38,377 nt of DNA from Candidatus Adlerbacteria bacterium (GCA_903824155.1 CAIJVL010000004.1:1-38377); one strand, 5' to 3'; counted from the first letter of the stretch, positions 23,847-32,332 are shown. Translations and numbers: made by a program. Notes: generated by a model not told the origin, from the letters alone.

Positions 23847-23893
23847 GTACATAGTATAGAGCATTTTATGGCTGCAACGGCCCCTATCCACAC

Positions 23894-25189
23894 CTAGTGC
23901 TTGAACATCCGACGGTGCTTTTGCTGAGGGGTGGTCTGCGCAAGAGACACGCATGTGAGCGGCAGGTAGCGGCCTTCATCGACGCCCTGCTGGTATGTAC
24001 GGTTTGGCGCCACCCGCAGCTCTTGTTGGATTCTTTGTGCAAGAGCGTTCAGGTCGGCATGAGGGTTGTGCGGCTGTACATGCAGTATCACCTCAAGCAT
24101 GGGCTTTTGTGGGGTACCGCCGTCGTAGCGGTGCATTTCAAAAATATCAGTCACTTCTGCCGGCATAGTGCGCAACACGCGTTCTATCTCATCGGCGCGC
24201 AGTTGTCCGCCGGGCACCAGCATAAAGTCCGACGCTGTTTTGCCCAGCACGGTAAAGGTCCACTCGCCGTGCTCTGCGCAGGATGCATCCACAATACGCA
24301 CCGTGTCGCCGGGGCGGTAGCGCACGAGCGGGAAGGCGCGCTCCGCAAGGTCGGTAATCAACAGCTCTCCTTCTACGCCGGCTTCCAAGGGGAGAGCCTT
24401 TTCGGTCACGGGGTCAATAACATCCAAGCGAAATTCCGGATGCGCATGATATACAGGGTACGGCTCGCTATCGCTGAGCGCGCGGCAGGTGTAGCCGACG
24501 GCGCCTTCCGCTTCGCTAAGGCCGTAAAAAGAAATGATAGTCGCGTTAGGAAACGTCTCGCGCATGTACGAGTACAGCGCCAGCGAGCACGTTTCGCCGA
24601 CGAACTCCAGCAGCCTGATATGCTGATTCATCCCGGCTTTCTTCATCTCTTCGCCTATCGTCCAGACCGTAAAAGTGTGCACGCCAAGCGCGTCAACGCC
24701 TGCGGCTTTGGCGAGTAGGATGCTTGCGGCGGGGTTTTTGCCGTCAAAGACCAGCGCCTTCGACCGGCTGCCCATGTCGTGTAAAAACCGGTCGGTGCGG
24801 TGCTGCGTTTTTAACGAATTCATAAATGCTCCCGGAAAAGCATAAAAAGCTTTGCGATAGTTGAATCCGCCGGCATACGCCACGCGCGGACAAAACGCCG
24901 GTGGCTTGCCGCTGGTGCCGGAAGTGTAGTAGACCGAATCCACTTTTTTATTCGGTACGAACGTGTATTCACGCATCGGGCGCTCCAGCATAACCTCTTT
25001 GGTAAACGTGGGCACTAAACTCCAGTCGTCCCACGAAGCAAGATCGGGTGTACTCCCGGCGGGCACGTTGTAGAGCGTGCGGTAAAAGTCTGAGTAGGGC
25101 GACGCAACTACTTGGGCCATGCGCGCGGCCAGCAATTGTAGCGTGTCGGGTGCACCGGTCATGTGGGCCAGTGTACTAAATCGTCCCAT
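23894..25189 (-). CDS. Adenylate-forming enzyme of the phenylacetate-CoA ligase / coenzyme F390 synthetase (PaaK/CapK-like) family
   Basis: AMP-binding P-loop YYTSGTSGKP, FYGLSEAEG (the YGxTE motif), LVRYRPGDTV (the RYRTGD motif), and a C-terminal subdomain with VPGGQLRADEIERVL. Confidence 0.8.
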   Translation of the reverse strand: MGRFSTLAHMTGAPDTLQLLAARMAQVVASPYSDFYRTLYNVPAGSTPDLASWDDWSLVPTFTKEVMLERPMREYTFVPNKKVDSVYYTSGTSGKPPAFCPRVAYAGGFNYRKAFYAFPGAFMNSLKTQHRTDRFLHDMGSRSKALVFDGKNPAASILLAKAAGVDALGVHTFTVWTIGEEMKKAGMNQHIRLLEFVGETCSLALYSYMRETFPNATIISFYGLSEAEGAVGYTCRALSDSEPYPVYHAHPEFRLDVIDPVTEKALPLEAGVEGELLITDLAERAFPLVRYRPGDTVRIVDASCAEHGEWTFTVLGKTASDFMLVPGGQLRADEIERVLRTMPAEVTDIFEMHRYDGGTPQKPMLEVILHVQPHNPHADLNALAQRIQQELRVAPNRTYQQGVDEGRYLPLTCVSLAQTTPQQKHRRMFKH

Positions 25190-25200
25190 CGCACGCCACT

Positions 25201-26769
25201 TTAGGCATGGGGAAGCAGCCCCAACAGTACGCCCTCTGTACTCATTGAGTTTTTGATCTGCAGCATGAGCTGAACGTCGGTATATTGTTTTGAAACATCA
25301 TTGAGATATTCGCGCAGATACATTTCGTTAAGCGGGCTCGGCACAGTCTTGCTGAACAGGCTTATGCGCTGTGGAACAAAGGTGGGATTGCCGAATAAAA
25401 AGAGCGTGGAGGCAAAGTTGCGCGCCGAGAGCAGATAGTCCAATGAAGCCTGCTGCGTACGGTCCTTGGTAAGTAAAAACAGATTATCGTGGCTGGCGCC
25501 CAGTACCACCTGATCAAAGTCTGCCGAGCCTTCGATATACCGCTCGACTATTGTCTCTCCTTGCGGCGTATCCTGCTTAGCCGCTGCCTGCACGTACGGG
25601 GCAAGGTCGGCCTTTTGCACGACCGGCAGCGCCAGCAGTTTTTGCTCGGCGGGCGTCGTCGAGGCTTTTTGGCCAAGCAGGTTCAATACGCCAAGAAGGC
25701 TGCCTGCCTCAGCCACGTCCAGCCCCGAGTCGGGACACTCGTACAGGTTGCCGATGCTTTGATATTGAACCGATACGTTCACTTTTTGTAACGCAACGTA
25801 GAGGGGATTTGTCGGGGCTCCGTTTGCCTCCCGCGGCACGTCGTAAAAATACAGGTCATTTATATACTCAAGCTTGCGCGCCTCGCCGCCTTCGTAAGGC
25901 GCAAGATAATATTCGCGCTCATAGGCGACCGGCTCCGGGTAGCAGTCCGTGGGGATGGCAAAGATAGTTTTGGAAATGGCGCTCAGGGATTTGTAAAAGG
26001 CGAGCGCCTGCCCGTTTATGGCGTCTGCTTTGTACACGCTCGCGGAAGGCGCGGGTACGGCGACCGATGCGCGTAACAAAGTGTTGCGTGCATTTGCCAG
26101 CGTAGCCAACGGCGTACAGTTTCCCGAGAGGCGTACAAGGCAGGCAAAGCGGGCCGCCTCTTTTTGTTTTTGCTGCAGTGTCAGGTCGGCTGCCCTGTTC
26201 ATTTGTGCGGCCATATAGGTTGTTGAAGCTTCTCCTCCCAAATATCCAATAGAGGGTATGTGCGCACCAGCACTCGCGAGACTGCTTGCAAGTGCGCGCG
26301 CGTCAAGCGCGTAGTCGCTTACGGTCTGCATCAAAAGGTAATGATACGTACTTGCGCGCGCCGCCGTCGGCTCGGTCAACAGAGCCTGCCTTGCTTCCTC
26401 AAGCTTCGGCAGGTCGGTTAAGAATGCGGCGGGGTATAGTGTTTGTTCGATCACCGGCCTTTGGCTTGCACGGTAGGTGCTCGCAATTTCATCTCCTTCA
26501 GCTAAAAATACCGTTACTGCATTGGCAAGTTTTGCAGGGTCGGTACCTTCGATGGCAAAGATAGGATCGAGCCGCTCGGCTGCAGCATAATACGCAAGCG
26601 ATTGGGGAGTTGAGGAAGCTATGGGAAAGGTTGTTGCCACTGTGGCACGTGCCGGCTGCCTACTCACTACTAGCAAAGGTACCAAATACGCTAAACTTCC
26701 AGCCAAAAATAAAAAAGGAACTAGGGCCGGCACGTACAAGCGCTTCATTTCGTACCCAAAGTATATCAT
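25201..26769 (-). CDS. Membrane-anchored (single N-terminal TM) extracytoplasmic hypothetical protein
   Basis: The TM is VPALVPFLFLAGSLAYLVPLLVV, followed by ~480 aa with no motif I recognise. An alternative start is ATG 26748 (MKRLY...). Confidence 0.65.
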   Translation of the reverse strand: MIYFGYEMKRLYVPALVPFLFLAGSLAYLVPLLVVSRQPARATVATTFPIASSTPQSLAYYAAAERLDPIFAIEGTDPAKLANAVTVFLAEGDEIASTYRASQRPVIEQTLYPAAFLTDLPKLEEARQALLTEPTAARASTYHYLLMQTVSDYALDARALASSLASAGAHIPSIGYLGGEASTTYMAAQMNRAADLTLQQKQKEAARFACLVRLSGNCTPLATLANARNTLLRASVAVPAPSASVYKADAINGQALAFYKSLSAISKTIFAIPTDCYPEPVAYEREYYLAPYEGGEARKLEYINDLYFYDVPREANGAPTNPLYVALQKVNVSVQYQSIGNLYECPDSGLDVAEAGSLLGVLNLLGQKASTTPAEQKLLALPVVQKADLAPYVQAAAKQDTPQGETIVERYIEGSADFDQVVLGASHDNLFLLTKDRTQQASLDYLLSARNFASTLFLFGNPTFVPQRISLFSKTVPSPLNEMYLREYLNDVSKQYTDVQLMLQIKNSMSTEGVLLGLLPHA

Positions 26770-26828
26770 GCAAGGTGGGGATAGCGGGATAGAACGTATT
26801 TGCGTAACACCTATATACTAATGGGTAT

Positions 26829-27551
26829 ATGACACATAAGTCTATTTGGGCAGTTGCGGCTTTATTATTGGTTGGCGTTTCTTTTTGGGCGGGTAATTAC
26901 AGCCATGATTATTTGCTGTATGCGCAGGATTATGGTGCGCTCTCAAAACTGCCAACGCTAATTGGCGGCACTCCCCCTCAGGGGCAGGGTGCTCCGGTTG
27001 CTCCAACGTCTGCGCCAACCACTCCCGTGGCTCCGGTGTCGACCGGTCCGGTACGGGTGACCGCTATCACGCCTACCAGCATTACCGTACAAACAGGTTT
27101 CAATAAGACTAAAACCTTTGCGATCTCAAGCGACACGCTTATATATAGTGCGGTGCTTGCGGGCCAGACCGGCAAAGGGCTCAGCGATATAAAAGTTGGA
27201 GGAGCCATAACGGTGAATGTGTCCGCAACCGACCCCGGCAAAGCTAGTTCGCTTGTCTTTGTCCGCGACCCGTCGTTCCAGCTTGCGCCTGAGGAATCTA
27301 TCATTTCAGTAACGGGCAACATAACAAACCTAACAGGTTCAGCTATTACCATTATGCCGAGCGGTCCCGCTCCGGTTACGCCAGTTACCGTTACGTTCGA
27401 CGCTTCGACCAAGATAATCACCCAAGTTACTGCCGGGCAACAGGGCCGCAGCCTGAGCGAAGGCATTGTGGTTACCGCAAGCGGCCTCATGACAGCGGGC
27501 GGCAAAACGACCGCAAAACTCATCACCATCGGTTTTGTACCCAATAAATAA
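26829..27551 (+). CDS. Secreted/anchored protein with two DUF5666-like small beta-barrel domains
   Basis: N-terminal TM/signal IWAVAALLLVGVSFWAG and a P/T/A-rich linker. Two units have the pattern G.VT.IT..SITV.....T..F.I...T.I.......G....DIK.G..V.V (VRVTAITPTSITVQ... and ISVTGNITNLTGSAITIM...). It is similar to the 123-aa ORF at 29299. Confidence 0.7.
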   Translation: MTHKSIWAVAALLLVGVSFWAGNYSHDYLLYAQDYGALSKLPTLIGGTPPQGQGAPVAPTSAPTTPVAPVSTGPVRVTAITPTSITVQTGFNKTKTFAISSDTLIYSAVLAGQTGKGLSDIKVGGAITVNVSATDPGKASSLVFVRDPSFQLAPEESIISVTGNITNLTGSAITIMPSGPAPVTPVTVTFDASTKIITQVTAGQQGRSLSEGIVVTASGLMTAGGKTTAKLITIGFVPNK

Positions 27552-29288
27552 ATGGATAGGTTTTTTAAAAACTTTTCTACATTGAAGCACGGACACTTGA
27601 TGGAAATCGCCGGCCTGTGTTCGGCTGCAATGCTACTTACGGTAGCTGCGGTGTTCATCGGACAAGGCGGCATGACCAAGGTAAATCACCTCCTCGCAGT
27701 TGCCCACATCCTGCCCGAGTCGCAAACGGCCTGTGTCTTCCCGTGCAACAACGGCGCCTACGACATGGAGGCGCTCACCCCTATGCAAGGTGGCGTGGCG
27801 GTAAGCACAGTGCAGCCTGGTACTACCGTGTACTGGCAATATATTGCCAGCACGTACGGCGCCAACACTTTTAACCTGGAGTGTGCAGGCTCACAAAGCG
27901 GCTTGAGTAATGCCTGTTCGGTGGCGCTTGGTGCCGGTAACGTGTGGGGATCCTGCACAAATCCGTACTATACCGGAGGCACCACCTGCCTTTCGTGGAC
28001 ATACACCTACGACAAATTCGGCAACATGACTGCTTCCTGCAACCAATATGACACCCCGGTGTATCACCCTGCTGCAAACTGCGGCAATGCCGATGCATAT
28101 ATACAAGGCGATACCTGCTATGGAGCAAGTGGCGGTATCTATCCAAACTACTCGTGCCCGGGCTACCACGGCAATCCGTACGGCACGATGCCTATCACCG
28201 CACCTTCGACCCCCGGTACCTATACCTATTACTTCTGCTCCTATTATCTGCTGCATGCCAATTCCTACAACAGAAACTTAACGCCGCTGTCCTGCCTTGG
28301 CACCAACCTTACGGTTGCTGCGCCTCCAACACCCACCACTCTTACCTCGCTCACCGCATCGCCTGCAACGGTGACCGCCGGCACAGCCAGTACGTTAAGT
28401 TGGCAGGGAGTCAAAGGCACCAATTTCAGCAGCTGCGAGCTAGCCGACGATTATAGCCACGCGTGGTGGTATTCCGCGCTACCGGGCAGTGATAGCAGCG
28501 GTCCGATGACCGCTGGGGCCCATAATTTCTATATGCAGTGCTATGACACCACCGGTGCCGCAACCGGGTGGCAGAGGACGACGGTAACCGCTGTCCCGCC
28601 GGCATCCTGTTCAAACGGTCTCAACGCTTCCTACTCTCCCAGCTGTACTTGCCCTGCAAGCCAAGTACAAAGCGGCTCTTCCTGCACCACCCCTTCGGAC
28701 ATCTGCACTGATATACCGGGCAATCAAACCTCAGTACCCAGCAGCTGCACCGGTCCCGTACCTGCTCCGGTCGGCTCGTGCATACCCGGCGGTGATAGCT
28801 GGAGCGGCTCTGCGTGCGTACCAACCTGCAGCAACGGTCTCAACGCTTCCTACTCTCCCAGCTGTACTTGCCCTGCACATCAATACCAGCCTTTGGGAGC
28901 CTCAACCTGCGTTGCATTGCCCATCTGTGCCAATGGTCTTAGTGAGGCATACTCGCCCAGTTGCACCTGTCCCTCCGGACAAGTGCAGGTAGCCGGGGGT
29001 TCCACCTGCGTCCTCCAGGGCGTTATCAATAGCTTTACCGCCAATCCTTCACGCGTCTTAAAAGGGAATACTGCCGCCATTAGCTGGAGCACGAGCAATA
29101 TGTCCTCCTGTACGCTCTCGTCGCTCGTCTCCACCGGCACCAGTAATCTCTCTTCGCTTCTCTCTTCCTCGATCACCCCGACCGTCAACAGCAAGACCAT
29201 CTTTACCTTAACGTGCACCGATGCATCAGGTGCCAGCTACTCGGCCTCGGCCACCGTTAACCTGATTCCGCAGACTATTGAGCAGTAA
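27552..29288 (+). CDS. Cys-rich secreted/anchored protein with three tandem CxNGLxxxYSPSCTCP modules and Ig-like end domains
   Basis: The TM is IAGLCSAAMLLTVAAVFIG and the protein has many Cys residues. The three modules are SCSNGLNASYSPSCTCPASQVQSGSSC, TCSNGLNASYSPSCTCPAHQYQPLGASTC and ICANGLSEAYSPSCTCPSGQVQVAGGSTC. The C-terminal domain ...ISWSTSNMSSCTLS...TIFTLTCTDASG... Confidence 0.75.
   Translation: MDRFFKNFSTLKHGHLMEIAGLCSAAMLLTVAAVFIGQGGMTKVNHLLAVAHILPESQTACVFPCNNGAYDMEALTPMQGGVAVSTVQPGTTVYWQYIASTYGANTFNLECAGSQSGLSNACSVALGAGNVWGSCTNPYYTGGTTCLSWTYTYDKFGNMTASCNQYDTPVYHPAANCGNADAYIQGDTCYGASGGIYPNYSCPGYHGNPYGTMPITAPSTPGTYTYYFCSYYLLHANSYNRNLTPLSCLGTNLTVAAPPTPTTLTSLTASPATVTAGTASTLSWQGVKGTNFSSCELADDYSHAWWYSALPGSDSSGPMTAGAHNFYMQCYDTTGAATGWQRTTVTAVPPASCSNGLNASYSPSCTCPASQVQSGSSCTTPSDICTDIPGNQTSVPSSCTGPVPAPVGSCIPGGDSWSGSACVPTCSNGLNASYSPSCTCPAHQYQPLGASTCVALPICANGLSEAYSPSCTCPSGQVQVAGGSTCVLQGVINSFTANPSRVLKGNTAAISWSTSNMSSCTLSSLVSTGTSNLSSLLSSSITPTVNSKTIFTLTCTDASGASYSASATVNLIPQTIEQ
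28614..28877 (+). repeat. Perfect 45-nt direct repeat pair (28614-28658 and 28833-28877), in frame and 219 nt apart
   Basis: aacggtctcaacgcttcctactctcccagctgtacttgccctgca occurs twice, encoding NGLNASYSPSCTCPA. The third module (about 28926-28980) has diverged at synonymous and non-synonymous sites. Confidence 0.85.
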
Positions 29289-29298
29289 ATAAATATCT

Positions 29299-29670
29299 AT
29301 GAGTAAAAAAACAGTACTTTCGTTCATCGGAGTTGTGGCGCTTATAGCTCTCGGTGCCGCTTACTTCTATTACTATCCGGCGACATCAGGCACCGATGCG
29401 CCGGCCCCAAAGACGGCTCCCGACAATAGCGTCAGCGCTGGTTCGGTGTCGGCCATAAGTGCTACAAGCCTGACGATCGTAAAACAAAACGGCGCGCCGG
29501 TCACCTTTACGATAGGCGCGGGTACCTCAGTGGTATCGGCGGGGCAGACGGGCACTCCAAAAAAAGTGAGCGATATTACAAAGGGCTCAATGGTGCTGGT
29601 CACCCCAAGCAGCAGTGATGCTACGGTTGCACAGACGATAGTGCTGCCGCCGGCGCCTCCCATGCGGTAG
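29299..29670 (+). CDS. Small secreted DUF5666-like protein
   Basis: Signal/anchor VLSFIGVVALIALGAAYFYYY. GSVSAISATSLTIVKQNGAPVTFTIGAGTSVV...VSDITKGSMVLVTP matches the units of the 240-aa ORF at 26829. Confidence 0.7.
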   Translation: MSKKTVLSFIGVVALIALGAAYFYYYPATSGTDAPAPKTAPDNSVSAGSVSAISATSLTIVKQNGAPVTFTIGAGTSVVSAGQTGTPKKVSDITKGSMVLVTPSSSDATVAQTIVLPPAPPMR

Positions 29671-29744
29671 CCCCGAAAGCCCTTGTCTTTTTGGCCTCCT
29701 TCTCTATTGTATTTTCTTCGAAAATAGGCTAAAGTGTCTTCACT

Positions 29745-30392
29745 ATGGAATTGACGGTAGAAAAGCGCGACAAAGCGCAAAATCCCCACACCTTGCGCGG
29801 TAAAGGTATTTTGCCGGCTGTTATCTACGGCCGCTCAGAGGAGTCGACTCCTATTTCAATCAACTTAAAGGACTTTCAAAAGGTCTATAAGGCGGCAGGC
29901 GAGTCCGGCGTTATTTCTCTTATGGGCCTCGGCACCGCTAAAGACGCTCTTATTAAAGAGGTAGCCTTTGATGTCATGACCGGCACTCCTATCCACGCTG
30001 ACTTTTACGCAATCCAAAAGGGCCAAACCGTTACCGTGTCAGTCCCGCTCGAGTTCGACGGCGTTGCCCCGGCTGTTAAAGACCTCGGCGGCATCCTAAC
30101 CAAGGTTATGCACGAAATTGAAATCGAGTGCGAGCCTAAGGACTTGCCGCACGCAATCCACGTAGACGTTTCCAAACTGGTGGCGCTCGACAGCCAGATA
30201 CACGTCAGCGACCTTACCTTCCCCAAGTCGGCAAAGGTCAGCGCCGAGCCGGAAGAGGTAGTGGCTCTCATTTCAGTAGCAAAAGAGGAGGTAGAAGAGG
30301 TTGCAGCCCCAACAGACCTCTCGGCAATCGAAATCTCCGAAGAGCGCGGCAAGAAAGAAGAGGCCGAAGCTCCTGCAGAGTCAGAAGAATAA
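29745..30392 (+). CDS. rplY: 50S ribosomal protein L25 (Ctc form, with an acidic C-terminal tail)
   Basis: R.K...LR..G.iPAViYG pattern (RDKAQNPHTLRGKGILPAVIYG), two-domain length and an E-rich tail. Confidence 0.85.
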   Translation: MELTVEKRDKAQNPHTLRGKGILPAVIYGRSEESTPISINLKDFQKVYKAAGESGVISLMGLGTAKDALIKEVAFDVMTGTPIHADFYAIQKGQTVTVSVPLEFDGVAPAVKDLGGILTKVMHEIEIECEPKDLPHAIHVDVSKLVALDSQIHVSDLTFPKSAKVSAEPEEVVALISVAKEEVEEVAAPTDLSAIEISEERGKKEEAEAPAESEE

Positions 30393-30423
30393 TAATCACC
30401 CAGTAGGCGATCCTGCTGAATCG

Positions 30424-30450
30424 AAATCCCCGCGAAAGCGGGGATTTTTT
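30424..30450 (+). terminator. Rho-independent terminator after rplY
   Basis: AAATCCCCGC-gaaa-GCGGGGATTT followed by TTT. The GNRA-type loop is GAAA. Confidence 0.8.
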
Positions 30451-30464
30451 GATACAATAAACAG

Positions 30465-31913
30465 ATGGGTTTATCTTACGGGCCTGCCTACCGGCAGGCA
30501 GGCGTTCTACTCGGCATATTCCTTTTTGGATTGATACTGGCGGCGGGGGTTACTGCTTACGCAACTCAAACCTTGGCGCAAAGCACCGACTCGACCGACA
30601 CCAGCGGGTCGGCGAGCGTAGACTCTTATCGCGCCAGTTTGCAGGCGCAGTTGGATAGCATCAACGCGCAGATCGCGCAGCAGCAGACTATTTTGATGCA
30701 GGCGCAAAGCCAAAGCACCTCGCTCCAAAAGGACATCGCCGTGTTAAGTGCGCAGATAAAGTCGGCGCAGCTGGCGATACAGGCGCGTGACCTTAACATC
30801 CAACAGCTCACCGCCGGGATTACTGACAAAGAAAATACCGTCTTTGGCCTCAACTCGCAGCTCAATGCCGAAAAGGCTTCTCTTTCCGGCATCTTGCGCG
30901 AAAAGAGTCAGCTCGAGGGCACAAGCCTTGTCTTAGCCATGCTTTCTTCGCAAAGCCTCTCGGACTTTTTCTCCGACCTCGATACCTTTGACTCGATAGA
31001 TAAAAGTTTGCAGCAATCTTTTGCCGAGATAAGCTCGACCACTGTCGTGACCCAGCAGCAAGAGGCCGACTTGGAGGCGCAGCGCGAGCAGGAGAGCCAG
31101 CTGCGGCAGGTGCAGGCGCTGCAAGAGCAGCAAGTGCAGGCCCAGCAAGACCAAAAAAATAAACTGCTGGCCGATACCAAGGGGCAAGAGGCCAATTATC
31201 AAAAGCTCATAGCCGCCAATCAAAAGACCGCTGCGCAGCTGCGCACCGCACTCTTCCAGCTTACCGGCTCGGCCGCGATTCCTTTCGGCACCGCGCTCGA
31301 TGATGCCAACTTGGCCGCCAAGGCAACCGGCATCCGCCCTGCGTTTCTCCTTGGCATCATCGCCGAAGAGTCTAACCTCGGCGAAAATGTCGGCACCGGC
31401 TCATACACCATTGACATGCATCCGACCCGCGACGTACCGATCTTTTTAGCTATTACGCAAAGTTTGGGGCTTAACCCCTCGCAGATGCCGGTGTCTAAAA
31501 AAGCCTGGTACGGTTGGGGCGGCGCGATGGGCCCGGCGCAGTTTATCCCTTCGACCTGGGCGATGTATGCAGGCTATGTTAAGCCCGACTGGCACTACGA
31601 TTCGTCCAAAGACCGTGTGGGCCCCTTAACCGGCGACACGCCCCCCAACCCGTGGGTGCCTAAAGACGCGTTGATGGCATCGGCGCTGTACTTAACCGAC
31701 AGCGGCGCCGACGCGCGCACGCCGGCCGCCGAGTTTAAAGCGGCCATGTGCTACCTGGCCGGCTGCGGCAACACCTCCAACAAATCGCTCCAATTTTACG
31801 GCAACGACGTGCTGTGCAACGAGCTGAAATATCAAAAGGACATAGACACGATAACCGGCAGCAATGACGCGCCGGCCATGGAGGCCAACAGCCTCTACTA
31901 CGGCCAGTGCTAA
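30465..31913 (+). CDS. Membrane-anchored coiled-coil protein with a C-terminal lytic murein transglycosylase (MltB/SLT_2-like) domain
   Basis: TM VLLGIFLFGLILAAGVTAY is followed by ~250 aa of Q/L/A-rich heptad-like sequence. The C-terminal part has LGIIAEESNLG (candidate catalytic Glu) and GAMGPAQFIPSTW (compare the GAMGQ.QFmPs motif of MltB-like enzymes). TGaTACAAT-N6-ATG. Confidence 0.7.
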   Translation: MGLSYGPAYRQAGVLLGIFLFGLILAAGVTAYATQTLAQSTDSTDTSGSASVDSYRASLQAQLDSINAQIAQQQTILMQAQSQSTSLQKDIAVLSAQIKSAQLAIQARDLNIQQLTAGITDKENTVFGLNSQLNAEKASLSGILREKSQLEGTSLVLAMLSSQSLSDFFSDLDTFDSIDKSLQQSFAEISSTTVVTQQQEADLEAQREQESQLRQVQALQEQQVQAQQDQKNKLLADTKGQEANYQKLIAANQKTAAQLRTALFQLTGSAAIPFGTALDDANLAAKATGIRPAFLLGIIAEESNLGENVGTGSYTIDMHPTRDVPIFLAITQSLGLNPSQMPVSKKAWYGWGGAMGPAQFIPSTWAMYAGYVKPDWHYDSSKDRVGPLTGDTPPNPWVPKDALMASALYLTDSGADARTPAAEFKAAMCYLAGCGNTSNKSLQFYGNDVLCNELKYQKDIDTITGSNDAPAMEANSLYYGQC

Positions 31914-31929
31914 GGAAATACCCTAAAAC

Positions 31930-31957
31930 TTGCAAAGCTTCAAATTCGTGCTACTAT
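31930..31957 (+). promoter_or_regulatory. Putative promoter TTGCAA-N16-TGcTACTAT, 7 nt upstream of the rpmE ATG
   Basis: -35 at 31930-31935, extended -10 TGc at 31949-31951 and -10 TACTAT at 31952-31957. The predicted TSS falls at or next to the A of ATG 31965. Confidence 0.5.
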
Positions 31958-31964
31958 TGCATTT

Positions 31965-32180
31965 ATGAAAACGGAGACACACCCAACGTATTTCCCCGAG
32001 GCTAAAGTTGTCTGCGCATGCGGACGCACCTTTACCGTGGGTTCTACACAGGAAAAGCTTTCGGTGGAAATTTGCTCTAACTGCCATCCGTTCTACACCG
32101 GCAACGAAAAGATCCTCGATGCCGCAGGCCGCGTAGAGAAGTTTAAGGCCCGCAAGGCAGCCGCCAAGCCGAAGAAGTAA
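31965..32180 (+). CDS. rpmE: 50S ribosomal protein L31 (Zn-ribbon type, CxxC...CxxC-like)
   Basis: HP.Y pattern, VVCACG...[10 protein letters not shown], and KF..R at the C-terminus. Confidence 0.9.
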   Translation: MKTETHPTYFPEAKVVCACGRTFTVGSTQEKLSVEICSNCHPFYTGNEKILDAAGRVEKFKARKAAAKPKK

Positions 32181-32192
32181 CGACTATTGATG

Positions 32193-32309
32193 AAGAGCTT
32201 CGACAAACGAAGTCTCTGAGAGGGCAGAAATTTTTTTGCTAAAAATTTCCTAGTGCTCGGCCCGTCGGCCTTGCGCACCCTCTCAGAAACTTGTTTGTTC
32301 GGAGCTCTT
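32193..32309 (+). other. 117-nt compound hairpin between rpmE and prfA, with ~30-bp imperfect arms enclosing two small hairpins
   Basis: The left arm AAGAGCTTCGACAAACGAAGTCTCTGAGAGGG (32193-32224) pairs with the right arm CCCTCTCAGAAACTTGTTTGTTCGGAGCTCTT (32278-32309), with 1 mismatch, 2 single-nt bulges and 1 G-U pair. The inner hairpins are GAAATTTTT-ttgct-AAAAATTTC (32227-32249) and GGCC-cgtc-GGCC (32259-32270). The right arm runs into TTTT. Confidence 0.6.
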
Positions 32310-32332
32310 TTGCGTTAGACTATACTAAACCT

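Noticed and set aside
23469-23897. Alternative ORFs in the ligase to 244-aa gene gap: 142 aa on the plus strand (23469-23897) and 107 aa on the minus strand (23570-23893).
   Set aside because: The plus-strand ORF overlaps the start of the 244-aa gene in antisense and has no start signals. The 107-aa frame lacks hydrophobic or other structure. The competing frame has a TM segment and a TATACT-N6-ATG.
23897-24718. A 273-aa plus-strand ORF opposite the PaaK-like gene.
   Set aside because: It is antisense to a gene with unambiguous adenylate-forming motifs. Its translation is Arg/His/Ala-rich low-complexity sequence.
26978-27679. A 233-aa minus-strand ORF opposite the 240-aa DUF5666-like gene.
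   Set aside because: The plus-strand product has a signal/anchor and is paralogous to the ORF at 29299. The minus-strand ORF spans the junction of two plus-strand genes and has no features.
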